A DNA stretch of 62,871 bases, filler included, from Choristocarpus tenellus KU-1152 (lineage: Eukaryota > Protista > Phaeophyceae), in NCBI GenBank assembly GCA_964200185.2. It is 9 parts of 9 records of this genome, joined end to end, with 100 filler letters (N's around TTAATTAATTAA, not from the genome) between each part and the next. Parts side by side here need not be neighbours in the genome. Positions count along the whole stretch, not along the records: positions 36,717 to 45,658 come from CAXNAD020004174.1; positions 45,759 to 49,806 come from CAXNAD020016491.1; positions 49,907 to 54,235 come from CAXNAD020015096.1; 6 more parts are not named here. The stretch is one strand, 5' to 3'. The notes under the pieces are model-generated. The model did not search any database. It was given only the letters and a program-made list of their open reading frames with translations, and had not been told where the DNA came from. Positions 37,873 through 50,499 of the stretch are shown here, piece after piece (within the stretch, counting starts at the first letter, position 1; the number at the start of each line of letters is the position of its first letter). The translations under genes were made by a program, and so were the position numbers.

Positions 37873-38280
37873 GAGTGAAAGTATCTTAGGGATAGTGTCT
37901 TAGGGATAGTGTCTTAGGGATAGTGTCTTAGGGATAGTATCTTAGGGATAGTATCTTAGGGATAGTATCTTAGGGATAGTATCTTATTAAGAGAGGGTAC
38001 GAGTTTTTGCCCTGTTTGTCCGTTTGCGACTTGTTTTTTCCCATGCTTTTTTTTTCTTTAAATGACATTTTGGCTGCTCCGAACTGTTTAGGAGTGTAGG
38101 TAAAATGATATGTTTCAGTGTAGGTAAAATGTATACGTTATGAAAAGGTGTGTCCGGAACAAGGATGTTGACACTTTTCCTAACAAACACGATAGCCAAA
38201 ATTACATCAAAATCGCAAACATTGGATTTTGATCCCCAAACGGACGCAGCCCTACCCTAACCCTAAGATACTTTTGGTTA
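37873..38280 (-). mobile_element. MITE family B copy with an expanded 14-bp TIR-derived array
   Basis: GAGTGAAAGTATCTTAG start; (GTATCTTAGGGATA)n at 37880-37986; body matches 52604-52812 and the reverse complement of 58426-58685. Confidence 0.85.
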
Positions 38281-39266
38281 GTATGTGTGATGGGCACAGC
38301 GGTAGTGGTGGTTATTTTATTATTTTTGAATTATTATTGTTCCCATTTATTGTTATTCTTATTATTGAGTCAATGCACCATAGAGGAGGGTGCTGGTTTT
38401 GACATGGATGCTGCTAACACTACTGGCAATCCTTCACAAAAATATTATTATTTATTTTACAGTCTCTGTATCGTTATCATTACTATTATTATTGTTGTTA
38501 CGATGATCATTATCACTGCTAAAACAATAAGTAGTCTTCTTTTAATTTAAACAATCATTCTCTTTTTTTATTTGTTACTATTTTTTGTCACTGTTTTTTT
38601 GTTTTTAAACTAACGTCCCTAGTCCAGCGCTTATCCACGAACCTCAGAACCTCTTTTGGGAGGTCAGGGTTAAGGTTGGAGTTAGGGTTAGGGTTAGGGT
38701 TAGAGTTAGGGTTTAAGACTTAATACTGCGATATGAGTGTGATGTATGTGTTGTGTCAGATGACATGCACCCTAGGTGACCCTTCATTCCCTCACTAACC
38801 AACGCTACACTTTTCGTGGTAATGTTGTGCAGTACATATGTAGGTTTCGTAGCACTTGCTACAGGCGTGCATACTTCACAGATTCACGAGCACAGACGCA
38901 CGAGCAGAGCACAGGCTTTTTCTCCTCAAGCACCTCATGTAGTCGCATTAGACACTCAAACTTGGGGTTGAATAGATGAATAGACCGTTTGAAGTGTGAG
39001 ACGAAGAACACATCAGAGGAACTGATTTATTTTTTATTTACTGATTTATTAGATGTTTTTTATTTACTGATTTATTTATTCTTGTCACAAACCAAACAAC
39101 ATTCACCAAACCACCCCCCCCCCCCCCCCCCCCCCCCCACCCCAACCTTAAAAAACCAAGAGGGACAATCCTGCAGTGCACAGTTCCGNNNNNNNNTGAA
39201 ACCAAACAACATTCAACAAACCCCCCCCCCCCCCCCTCCCTCTCCATGTATATTTTGAAATACCAG

Positions 39267-39577
39267 GGAGGACATGTTCAGGCGTGATCGTCTCGTGAAT
39301 GGTGTCTGGACACGTCTACAATTCTTGCAAGGAAAGTTAGCTCCTTGTTTTGGCACCCCCTCTCTTTCCCTTCCCTCCCATCCGTCTGGTGCAAGTGCTG
39401 CAGCTGCTGCCATGAACAACCATGCTGCCTCAAGTGATGCCACCATTAATCCTAACCCTAACCTTAACCTCGAGGTTGTCGGTGGGGGGGAGAGGCAAGT
39501 TGGTGCAGGGGAAGTGGAGTATGTTGTGAAGGAGAAGGAGGTTACTTCAGGACTGCAGCGTCTGGTGGAGGTACAGT

Positions 39578-39612
<35 letters not shown>

Positions 39613-42600
39613 CATAAATAATAGATAAATATATATAAACATTTTTGTCCGCTTTTGTGTGTGTCTTGTCGATATGTTACGATTGTCCTTGTCGTTTTTT
39701 TTAATTTTTTTTATGTTTTTGTTACTTTCCACCTTGGGCAGACTGTCTAAAACACCATCAACACTAATATATACAGATCTAACAGCAGTAAGAAGTCCTC
39801 TATGTTTAAAAAAAAAAAATTCAAGTTGCATATTTTATTCTTTTTTTTCTGGCAGAATTTGAATTGTCCCCAATAATAATATTATTATTATTATTATTGT
39901 TATTGTTATTGTATTATTACTATTACTATTATTATTATTGATTGAAGGGGTAAGGGTGTATGTATGAGTTGAGGGGTTTTGTCATTTACAGAGTATTTTA
40001 CTGAGAAATTTCTGTCAGTTGTTTTACTGAGAGAGTCTGGTGAATCACTGTGGTTATGAAGGTAGCTGTTGTTGATGTTCTGGATGACTAACCCTGGCAG
40101 ACTGTCTACTCACAAGGTGTTACAGTATGTGCAATGCTGTATTGTTGGTTGATCTCTTGCTTTCTAGACTACCTTGATAGCACCAGTGAAGGTAGGGGTG
40201 GTTTAAAGCGTGGTTGTCTTGGTGGTTTACTTATTATTATTATTGATACTGGTATTATTTTGTATCCAATGGTCTTTCCTGTAAGAAATGGAAAATGTCT
40301 GTGAGAACAATAATTGAATATAAATTGATTCAAAAGAATGCTGTGAATATAGTGTAATGCTATTCTATAGAATGCTATCAATATATTGTAATACTATCCT
40401 ATAAAATACTATCAATATAGTGTAATACTATCCTGTAAAATACTGCGAATATAGTGTAATACTATTCTATAGAATGCTATCAATATATTGTAATACTATC
40501 CTATAAAATACTATCAATATAGTGTAATGCTATCCTGTAAAATACTGTGAATATAATGTAATACTATTCTATACAATGTTATGAATACATCGTAATACTA
40601 TACTATACAATGCTGTGAATAAACTATAATACTATACTATACAATATGAACACTACATACACTATATACAACGTTAGTATATTCATATTTGCAATATTAT
40701 ACAATATGTACTATATTTTTCAATACATTCCAATAAATAAAACTGAGTATTTCGAACTGAAACAGTTAATTAATGTATTGAATAAGTTAAATGACTCAAG
40801 AATGGACAAAGTTAAATTAGAAAGTTTTTTGTTTTGATGTTGATTATTCTTTGACTGAACAAAACATCTCGATCAAATGTTTTTGTACTTCTTTTCACAA
40901 CACTAAAATAAAACAAAAATTACACTACAAATACATATATTTATATATATATATATATATTTATATGTGAACCCTTTTGATTCTATGGTTGACTTTGGTT
41001 CTATGGGTTCATCTGTTTCATTTGAAATGGAAGAAAGCATCATTTTAATGTTTTTCCTTTGAGGGTTGGAAAAAAAGAACAAATGCTTGTATTCTCATAT
41101 TTGACTACACTTTATTGTGCTTGGAAAAAAAACCCAACCTTTTGATGTCGATTTTTTTGTATCCATCCTCATCTCAAACAAACTCATAGAAAAGATCTCT
41201 AACCAACCAGCCTCTTTCTTGCTGAGGTTTTACCCCTCCCCCCCATCATCTCACCTCAATGCCAACGCCTTCCTCTTCTTTTACTATCATGGGCATCCAT
41301 CGTGTGATGGAGGATAGGAGTGGACTTCAAGAGGGAGAGAGGTAGACCTCCTCAGAGATCGCCTACAACAGGAGAAGAGGGAAAGGGAATCCGACAGGTC
41401 TGATATATACTAAGTAGTATGTAGCTTGTAGCAACAGGGTTTGTGTGCTTGTTTATATGCCTATTGCAATATAATATGTGTGTACTTGACAATGTGTATG
41501 GTGTGTTGTGTGTACATGATAGGGTTAGGGTTACTATCATAATGTAGTGTATGTAGACTACAGTACTTTTAGTATGATTGTACATGACTTTACTATTGCA
41601 ACATAGTATGTGCAGATACTACAATTCTCCAAGAGAACATACTACAATTGTTTCAAAGGTGAATGGTAACTGACTTCATCGTCTTTCACACCTTCCAATA
41701 AATAAAATAAGATGTATATTTATATTGTTTTATTTTTTATTCTACCCAAGACGCTTGCTGCACACACACAAGAGGTTGTTTAATCTACACAACCATGGCA
41801 AATGGGTATGTGTGTATTAGTAGGTACTAGTATCATATAAATATATGTATATATGCAGACTGCTTTGTATGCTTACATGATGTATACAATATTGGCATTT
41901 CCTAATGCTCTGGTGTTTGGGTAGTATATATATATGGCAACTTGTAGCACACCAGTTTTTTGTATGTATGTGCATACGTATGCATATATATATTTCACAT
42001 ATGTATATATATTATGTATTATTACAACATATGCGTGAGGTTGTCGTCCAGAGTGTGTACTACATGCAATGGTGTTGTCAAGAATCAGTGCATGACTGGG
42101 GGGATACACACAGCAGCATTAAATACTTTAAATATGCAATTTTAGAGAGCAGGATATACCCACTTTCTCCAACACTTACTAGAAAGTAAACTATGCTGCT
42201 TTTCGTTTTTAATGCAAATAATGAAGTTTGTCAGTTGTACACTCTACAGTGCTCTGTAGTAATCTGGAGTGATCCAGAGCGCTCCATGGTTGTGCACAGA
42301 GCTTTGATCTGTACTCCCGCCTACAGCAACAGTAGAGCAATCATATCCCAAATAAGAAGCATGTTGTTCACAGAGGCACCTGGTGATAGTACCTCCCAAC
42401 AAATACTTTTTTTTTTTATGTGTTTTTTCAAAACCTGATCACACAGTCTGGAATATGTGGTGTTAAGTTATATATATAACATTGAAATATAGTAGTACAC
42501 AGAATGAAAGTAGTCCATTTATGTCAAATTGATGTGCTCTGATGATCTGTCTCCCTCCCTCCCCCCCCCCAACAGCTACACGTCCTCTTTCTTCTTACCC

Positions 42601-42784
42601 TGTGTTAATCTTGTTAATCAAACTATGTTAATCTCCAACTATGCTGGCATCTTTTTTTTTATTGCTATGGGGGTTGATAATGAATAGTGGGGTGTGCATT
42701 AGTGGTGCTTTTTATTTACATAATAGTATTTATCTGTTGTGGTGTACAATATTATATTATACATATGTTTACAGTATTTTTACT

Positions 42785-42822
<38 letters not shown>

Positions 42823-43823
42823 TTAATATATGACTGTTAAAAAAATATTGATGAAGATAATATTATAGAGGTACTCTGGAATAGAGCATTCTCATTTATG
42901 TGTTTTGTGTAACTGTATTTTACTGTGTAACTGTACTTTACTGTGTAACTGTATTTTAACATTCACGGATGGGAAATTGTTGTGTGTCAGTGTGTGTTCC
43001 AACAGTTGCTCTTTCAATATATATTTTTTCCAGTGAATACAAATATAATTCTTTGAAGGTGTAAGGTGGTTGCACACATACCACCTTAGAGGGGAGGGGA
43101 GTGCTGACGACTTTCAAGAGCCGCTGTGACCGTTTGTTTGTTGGCTTGTGTTGTTTGAGTTCAAGCACTGCTCAGAAGAAAGGGCCCTTTTGACTCAGCA
43201 ATGTGTTACATTTCATTGTCAATCTTCTCTTCTATAACCACACTCTCCTAACAAGGGGGATTGATTACATTTCATTGATTACATCTCATTGATTACATCT
43301 CATTGATTATATCTCATTGACTACATCGCATTGATTGCATCTCATTGACTACATCTCATTGATTACATCTCATTGACTACATCTCATTGACTACATCTCA
43401 CTGAATACGTCTCATTGATTACACCTCATTGAATACATCTCATTGACTACATCTCATTGATTACATCTCATTGAGTACATCTCATTGATTGCATTTCATT
43501 GATTACATCTCAGGCGTAGACATTGAGCGTGTAGCACAGGGTTCAAAACGGTCTTGAAACTAACAAGAGGATAAATCGACCCCCTTCTTAGAGATTTTCA
43601 ATGGTACTACTATGTAGTTCTTGATACAGCACAGTGACATCCATGGATATCCCCCCTCCCCCTCCCCCTCCCCCGGGGCTTGCTTGCTGCCTCTGCCGCT
43701 GTTGCTATTGCCACCAGGGCAAGGCTAGAGGAGGAGGTATCATCCAAGGGTGAGGAGCTAGCACGTACTATGGTGGACTTCGAGGGGAGGATGGAGGAAG
43801 CGCAGACAGAGCTACAGAGTACA
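39267..43823 (+). CDS. Three internal exons of a coiled-coil protein (partial gene)
   Basis: Exons 39267-39570, 41318-41397 and 43718-43823 have AG/GT sites and matching phases, giving ...VTSGLQRLVE/EWTSRGREVDLLRDRLQQEKRERESDR/ARLEEEVSSKGEELARTMVDFEGRMEEAQTELQST. The last donor could instead be at 43860. Confidence 0.7.
40336..40670. repeat. Degenerate ~33-bp AT-rich minisatellite (intronic)
   Basis: AATGCTGTGAATATAGTGTAATACTATTCTATA-like units, about 10 copies. Confidence 0.85.
43260..43512. repeat. 14-bp minisatellite (ATTGATTACATCTC)n
   Basis: About 18 tandem copies. Confidence 0.95.
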
Positions 43824-44252
43824 GTGAGTGAGGCTACAGGGCTAGCCTTGCAGTTGAGAGTTTAGTGTCTTTTATGTTGTTGTTGTTGTGGTAATGTTGA
43901 TACATCTTTCACTGAATGGGATTGGATGCCCAGGATGTGGAGTCTGCTATCACCCCCCCCCCACACACACACACACACCTCAACCTGTGTTTGAAATATA
44001 GGAGTTTTACCTAGGTGGTCAGGGCGGTTTTGAAGGAAGTGGACGGGTTTTCCTGACACTGGACCGGTCTGCCTCCGTCCAATACCATCAATGCACTCGA
44101 TCCTGTTTCTATTCTGGTTTGCCAACCGTCTTTATTTATTTATTTATTTTCATTTTTTAAAACATACCTATAGCGATGAGAGAATTGTACCAGACTACTC
44201 ACTTGTTGGGCAACTGCTGCAAGCACTAAATGTTTTATGGTAGACAGGCCTC

Positions 44253-44549
44253 CATTGTCCTCGTCATTGTCATTATCATCGTTATTGTCATTGTCATTGT
44301 CATTGTCATTATCATTGTCATTATCATTATCATTGTCATTATCATTGTTATTATCATTGTCATTGTCATTATCATTGTCATTGTCATTGTCATTATCATT
44401 ATCATTGTCATTGTCATTATCATTATCATTATCATTGACATTATCATTATCATTATCATTATCATTGTCATTGTCATTATCATTGTCATTATCATTGTTA
44501 TTATCATTGTCATTGTCATTATCATTGTCATTGTCATTGTCATTATCAT
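44253..44549. repeat. (TCATTR)n hexamer microsatellite
   Basis: About 300 bp of TCATTG/TCATTA, which explains four spurious ORFs. (GA)n at 45024-45057 and (TCTCTT)n at 45347-45470 lie nearby. Confidence 0.97.
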
Positions 44550-45016
44550 GGGCTGCAATTGTGTTTGTGTTATCCCAACAATGGCGTTGTTCTGTTTTAG
44601 TGGCATACACCTTGACAAGGCGGTGTTTATTTTTATTTGTCATGTTTAGTGGCATACACCTTGACAAGGTGGTTTTTATTTTTATTTTGGCTGCTTATTT
44701 TTATTTGTCATGTTGGTGAGCCGGTGTCGATGGTGACTGATATTGGATGTTTTATGTGTGTGATGTGTATGCGCATGATGAGGTTGAAGGTGGGTTAGGG
44801 TTAGGGTTAGGGGTTTGGCAGTGCATGGGTTGTGCATGTACCTGTCAGAAGTGGGGATTGAGTTTTTGATTTTAAAATCTTGATGGATTCAGTTTGTGCT
44901 TTTTTTTCTTCTTTTTTCTTCTTTTTTATTTTTTTCAATTATTGATTGCTGAGAAATGATATTGTTTTTATTATGATAGAGAAGGGTTAGGGCTGTGGTT
45001 ACCAAACCCAAAAAGG

Positions 45017-45060
<44 letters not shown>

Positions 45061-45386
45061 TAGTAATCACTAATTGATGATGATCACTAATTGATGATGC
45101 TGACAACAACCAAGATTCAAATGTTTCGAGGAACTATCAAACCAATGATCACCTTGGAGGGCGTTCATCTCTGCAACTCTCTTGACCTAAGTATTGCCGT
45201 ACCGAGTACACATACACATAGTATGTGTGTGTAACCAACCTTCTTACTGCATCTAACATGATATTTGAAGAACGGTCCCAGTACCGTGTGTGTCTCTTAA
45301 TGGACATATAATGGACATGTAATGGAAAAGGTATCCGATGAGGCAATCTCTCTTTCTCTTTCTCATTCTCTTTCTCTCTTTCTCTT

Positions 45387-45417
<31 letters not shown>

Positions 45418-45846
45418 TTCTCTCTTTCTCTCTTTCTCGTTCTCTTTCTCTTTCTTTCTCTCTCTCTCTCAGTACAACCTACAAAGGATACAATTCAGAT
45501 TCATCTCTTTTTTTTCTTTCATACAATATTTATTTATTTTTATTTAATGTTATTTTATTTTATTTACAAAGTATCTTCCTGGAGTGGTGTACGTCAATGC
45601 TGTACTGGATACTGTGTAGAGGTAGTCCCTCTCCCCCCCCTTCTCCCCCCTTCCCTCCNNNNNNNNNNNNNNNNNNNNNNNNNNNNNNNNNNNNNNNNNN
45701 NNTTAATTAATTAANNNNNNNNNNNNNNNNNNNNNNNNNNNNNNNNNNNNNNNNNNNNCCCCTCACAAACCACGTCCCCCCCCCAGATACTTTGGCCCTA
45801 ATAGTATAATATTTGTAAGGTGTTCCGAAAGATGTGAAGAGTCATT

Positions 45847-46176
45847 CAAGGTGCACCTAATCTGATCTAAACAGAAAATGGGTCTGGTCACTATTCCAGG
45901 AACGCTTGTGTGAAGGCGCAGCTGATCTTGTTGAAATCGTGCAAAAGTCGTGTCCATGTTCCGAGAATTTTTTTCCTCATCAAGGTGTACCTGATCTTGA
46001 TGGAGTGTTTTCATCGAGGTACATCCGATTTCGTCCAAACCGTAAAAAAAGGTACCATTTGCGTTCTGAGATTGTTTTCCTCCAGGTGCACCTGGTCTTG
46101 TCCAAATCGGGACATAAATAGTGGTTACTGTTTGGGGGGGTATTTCGTCAAGGTGCAACTGATCTTGTCCAAATCG
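45847..46176. repeat. Degenerate ~67-bp periodic array with a conserved 28-bp core
   Basis: CAAGGTGCACCTGATCTTGTCCAAATCG-like cores at 45847, 45912, 45981, 46015, 46082 and 46149. Confidence 0.8.
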
Positions 46177-49100
46177 CAATCAACAATTGTCCTGAGGAAA
46201 TTGAAACAATCATAGGCAGGCCGGGAGGAGGTATATGCGGACGATAAGCCTTGCTCTGACATGGCATCTTGTATATAATATGTCGGTTGTTTATGTGTTC
46301 CTCTCCCTTCTGATTATGGTCTGTAAGGCATAGGAAGGGCGGCGGAGACCTTCCGCTAGGAGGGACGGATAGTAACATACAAGTAGTATTATTATGCAAC
46401 ATGCACACCACAGCAGCATCAATAATAGCACTAAGTTGTAAACTGTAGCAGTAGCAGCAACAGCAGCATCAGCAAGCACCAGTAGCAATATAGATGGATA
46501 TAGAGCAGTTGATCATTCTAAAAGTATGTACGTTTTCTACATCATGCCTCCTTCCACTTGTTGTGTGGGTGTGTGGTAGTCAGAAGTGAAGTTGGTTAAT
46601 GATAGATGCATAATATACGAAAATCCCGTATGACAGTATTGCCGACAAGACCTTCAATTTCAATGAGCGCAAATTTAGCCTCACATCCGTTGGCCTGATG
46701 GTTTTTTGGTTGTCCTGGGTGGTAGCATGTCTTGAGGACAGAATTTGCTGAAATATTTTTGGTTCTACGTATCGTTTGCTAGAGTTCCAAAACTCAAAAC
46801 AGCTCTTAAGACATCTTTCTAGTAGTATGATATTCGTCATTCAAACATCTCTCAATCCATGATATTATACAGATCACCGTTTTTTGGTAACCTCCTGCAT
46901 ATATCTTACTACTACTGTGTGCACTATTTAGTTGTATTTGAAGCCTTTCCCTTCTTCTGGGAAAATTATCCTTCATAGATTCGAAGTAAACGAGAGGCAC
47001 TCAGGTTTTGGTCGTTTTACATTTTATGACATTTTTCTCCGTCTTTTTGAGTATATCAATAGTAGTCCATGCAGTAACAAGATAAATGGAGTACCTACAC
47101 GTGTTAATATGGTCACTGTCCTTGGGATCGTTCATACTACAATACGTCAGTACGACTGTCATGTGTGATAGGCAGTCAGTATGGTAATTGATTCTAATGC
47201 AGCCCAGTTTGAGGTATGCGACTGACTAGAAGAGGTGGTCTGGGCATCTTACCTAGGGCATAATGTTGTATGGTTAAATAAGTAGATTCTTATTGGCTAA
47301 AACAAAACACTCAATTGAATTGTTGTGATGCACAGCACTGCATCTCTTCCTGCTTTAAACAAAAAATCAATTGAACACAAATAACTTGTGAAGAGTATTA
47401 TTATACTTTGTTCATTCCACTTGTACAAGCGTAAAGATTAAATCTATTGGTTGTTTTGAGGCCAGATGCTTGACTGCTTCTACTCCATTGGTTGGTGCAG
47501 CATTAAATGCAGACAATAGATAATAAGCAGAGCATGTTGCCTGAGCCCTCACCCACTACAAGGATGACAATATTGCGTATGAATTAAGTGTTACGGATTA
47601 TTGGTCGTTTCACAATATTGTTCTCAAGAGAAAGGGTCAGGAGTGGCACTTAACTTTCTGTATCTCATCTTCAGTTGCATCATATTATTATATAATTTTA
47701 TTTAGATCCTACCTCAAGAGGAAAAAAACACATAAAAAAATACATCTGTGTACAACACTCCACCCATCCAGCCCGCACAACAAAAATAACAATCCCTTCA
47801 CACCCATCGCTTTTATTCAATTGTTCCGGTCTCAATAAATCGTATTAATGTAAGCAACACTTGAATAAATTCCAGACCATTTTTTCATCTTTGCCAAAAC
47901 CAAAATATACAGTTGAGGGGTGGGCAGTCACAACAGCTGCAGTCGCAAACAATAAAAATTAACCAGTGGTGCACACAACTAACCACCCTCTTCCCTTCGT
48001 ATCTTGCATGGTCATGTGGGGCTCTTCCTCAATGCTACGATCATTCATCTTTCATTCCCCCCTCACTCTTCCGCCTGCTTAAACCAAGGAAGTACCTATC
48101 AATACTTGCACTGTAGGAGCAACTAAAAACAAAAAGGTATCAGGAAGTCAACTACCACCATGACAACTTTCCAAGTAGTTGGTTTCACAAGGAGGCATCT
48201 TGATTGCCTGAGGACTCGGGAGCAGCTAGCTACAAAGTTGTTGATCTCATCAACTGCATTCTCCGCTCCTTTGTCCACTGATTATCAAGTCATATTGGCA
48301 AAGAGAATGAGAGATTGATACTGGCTTCCTTTTATTCTCTTTGTGCCACCTCACCCCTTCGAAATACAAAAAAACAAAAAAACATAATACAAACACACAA
48401 TGCTTATGCACTCTTCAAAAACATTAATTTCCTGCACAACATGAAATACGTATCTCAGGGTATCCAACACTCAGCCAAGAACAGGCGTGGGTGGTAAGAA
48501 CACTCTTCCAATAAACCTCTTACAACAAGTAGAGACCAGGATTATGCAATACATGCAACTGGTTTCCACACACACCAAACAATAATATGTCACGTTGAGG
48601 CCAACGGCCAAAAAAAGGTAGAACAGAGTAATGTACTTGGGAAATGCTTCTGATTCTACTACGATTTGATTTGGAGCATACTTCTACAGTGGACTTCAAC
48701 ACCCCACATCATTATCATTTTCATGCTGAGCAATGGAACTCAACAGGTATTTTCACTTAGAAAGACACTCAACTATGGTTATCATGTATTGGTGTATGTT
48801 TCATGTGAGAATCTGTCCAATGAGCCTCGAACCCAGCATATCTCCCAAAACATTGAAATGTCAAACCCACACAATGGCAAACTCAGTGCGGTGGAAGTAT
48901 AAGAAGAGTCATAGCTTTCTGACTCATATTACTATTCTCTTCATTACCTTCCCACCCCCCACCACCCACCCCCTCACCAAAGCATCCCAATGCAAGTAAA
49001 TGCTGACTGGCAAATTGGCACGAATCACTACCCTGCTCTTGTGCACTATCTTACTGCGGATCAGTCTGAGCCATGCAAGGGGGAACAGGAAACAAAAAAG

Positions 49101-49627
49101 GGGACAGAACTGACAAAATCTCACCCATCTTGTGTGAAGCAACACGGCATGATGAGAGAGTCCAAGGAGCCAAGTATGTGTGCATTGCCTCTTTTCCTCA
49201 AACTATCAAAAACACCTTCCTCCTAATAGAGGGAAATTATCTGATGAGGGGCATCTATGTGTGAACGACACACAGTGTGTGTATTATACTTGCTGGTTTG
49301 TGTGCATATTCAATCAGCAACACCCAACAATGCCAATGCAGCACATCTGGCAACAAAAAGTATCACATATGTGTGGATATAGATGCACAAGGCCTTTTGT
49401 ATCGACTCACAGAGAGTATCCTGGAAAGGTAAGTACATCCTGGTCAGGATGGAAGGAGGGATGGATTGAGAAGCCAACAATCTACCCACGGTCACCTCTC
49501 CCACATACATGTTCTCCCAACAACCTCCTTCAGAGCTGCTGCTGTCCTTACATAGAAAAAAAAGAGAAAATCAAATGTAAAAATAACTTTCCTTACAAAT
49601 TTCAGTGCCAAACTATAATCCTGACCA

Positions 49628-49756
49628 TCATTCTATGCACACATCCAAACAGCAGTCGGTGAGTTCATCCAATGTAGATCCAATGCAACCTTCAGTTGCC
49701 ACGACAGTGGAATCTGGACAGGTGATCACAGTAGTGCCATTGTCATAATAGCTCGC
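49628..49756 (-). CDS. Candidate terminal exon of a Cys-rich protein
   Basis: CACACAG acceptor, then ASYYDNGTTVITCPDSTVVATEGCIGSTLDELTDCCLDVCIE*. Any upstream exons would lie beyond the contig end. Confidence 0.3.
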   Translation of the reverse strand, partial: ASYYDNGTTVITCPDSTVVATEGCIGSTLDELTDCCLDVCIE

Positions 49757-50499
49757 CTGTGTGCGCATCAGTAGTTCAGTTACATTTATGAGGTGGGGGG
49801 GAAGGGNNNNNNNNNNNNNNNNNNNNNNNNNNNNNNNNNNNNNNNNNNNNTTAATTAATTAANNNNNNNNNNNNNNNNNNNNNNNNNNNNNNNNNNNNNN
49901 NNNNNNATAAAAAAAACACACGGAATTCCTCAGGGGCACCCCCCCCCCCCCCCCCCCCCAGATACTTTGACCCACTTGGACTAGAGACGGCATTTGAAGT
50001 GAATTATGGCGAATCAAGTATGTGTGTTACAGTGTGGTGACACATTGTGCATGCGCAGTAGGAGAGGATGTTCGCATTGGGACATGATTGTCACTATACG
50101 CTCAATGTTGCAATTAGTATACATGAAGTAAGAAATGTCTATGTAGCAAGATTGTGTGACTAGTATGAATTCATTAGAAATAGATTGGAATATTTGAACA
50201 TTGTGAAGTTCAATTAATGTTCTAGGGAATATATTGTTTCGTAATTCCTAAGATTGCTCACTAGGATGGTTATGAAGAATAGGGCAATAACCCCCCTTGT
50301 GTTAGTAACGAGTCACTCTTGGCTGTTAATCAAATAAAAGCATATTCTACATCATCTTCTTTGTGATGAGGAGGTACATTCTCGTGGTGTGTGACGCCCC
50401 ACTTAGATTCCCCCCGCCTGTGTCATACTCATCTTGTTCCTTACGCTCGGTCAGAGAGATATCCTGTTCCCCAACAAGTCCATGGTGCACTCCTCAGCT

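Noticed and set aside
44140-44719. Four overlapping long ORFs (NDND, SLSL, IVIV, MTMI)
   Set aside because: Translations of a stop-free hexamer microsatellite.
45847-46176. True CRISPR array
   Set aside because: Cores are degenerate, intervals are related to each other, there are no cas genes, and the context is eukaryotic.
46580-47170. Fanzor/TnpB or other nuclease remnant next to the 67-bp array
   Set aside because: Broken frames with no RuvC, zinc-finger or DDE motifs that I can support.
48112-48277. Possible minus-strand exon (DKGAENAVDEINNFVASCSRVL...)
   Set aside because: Plausible acceptor, but no identifiable homology or phase partner.
50020-50351. Solo LTR (TG...AATAAA...CA)
   Set aside because: No matching TSD or second copy is visible.
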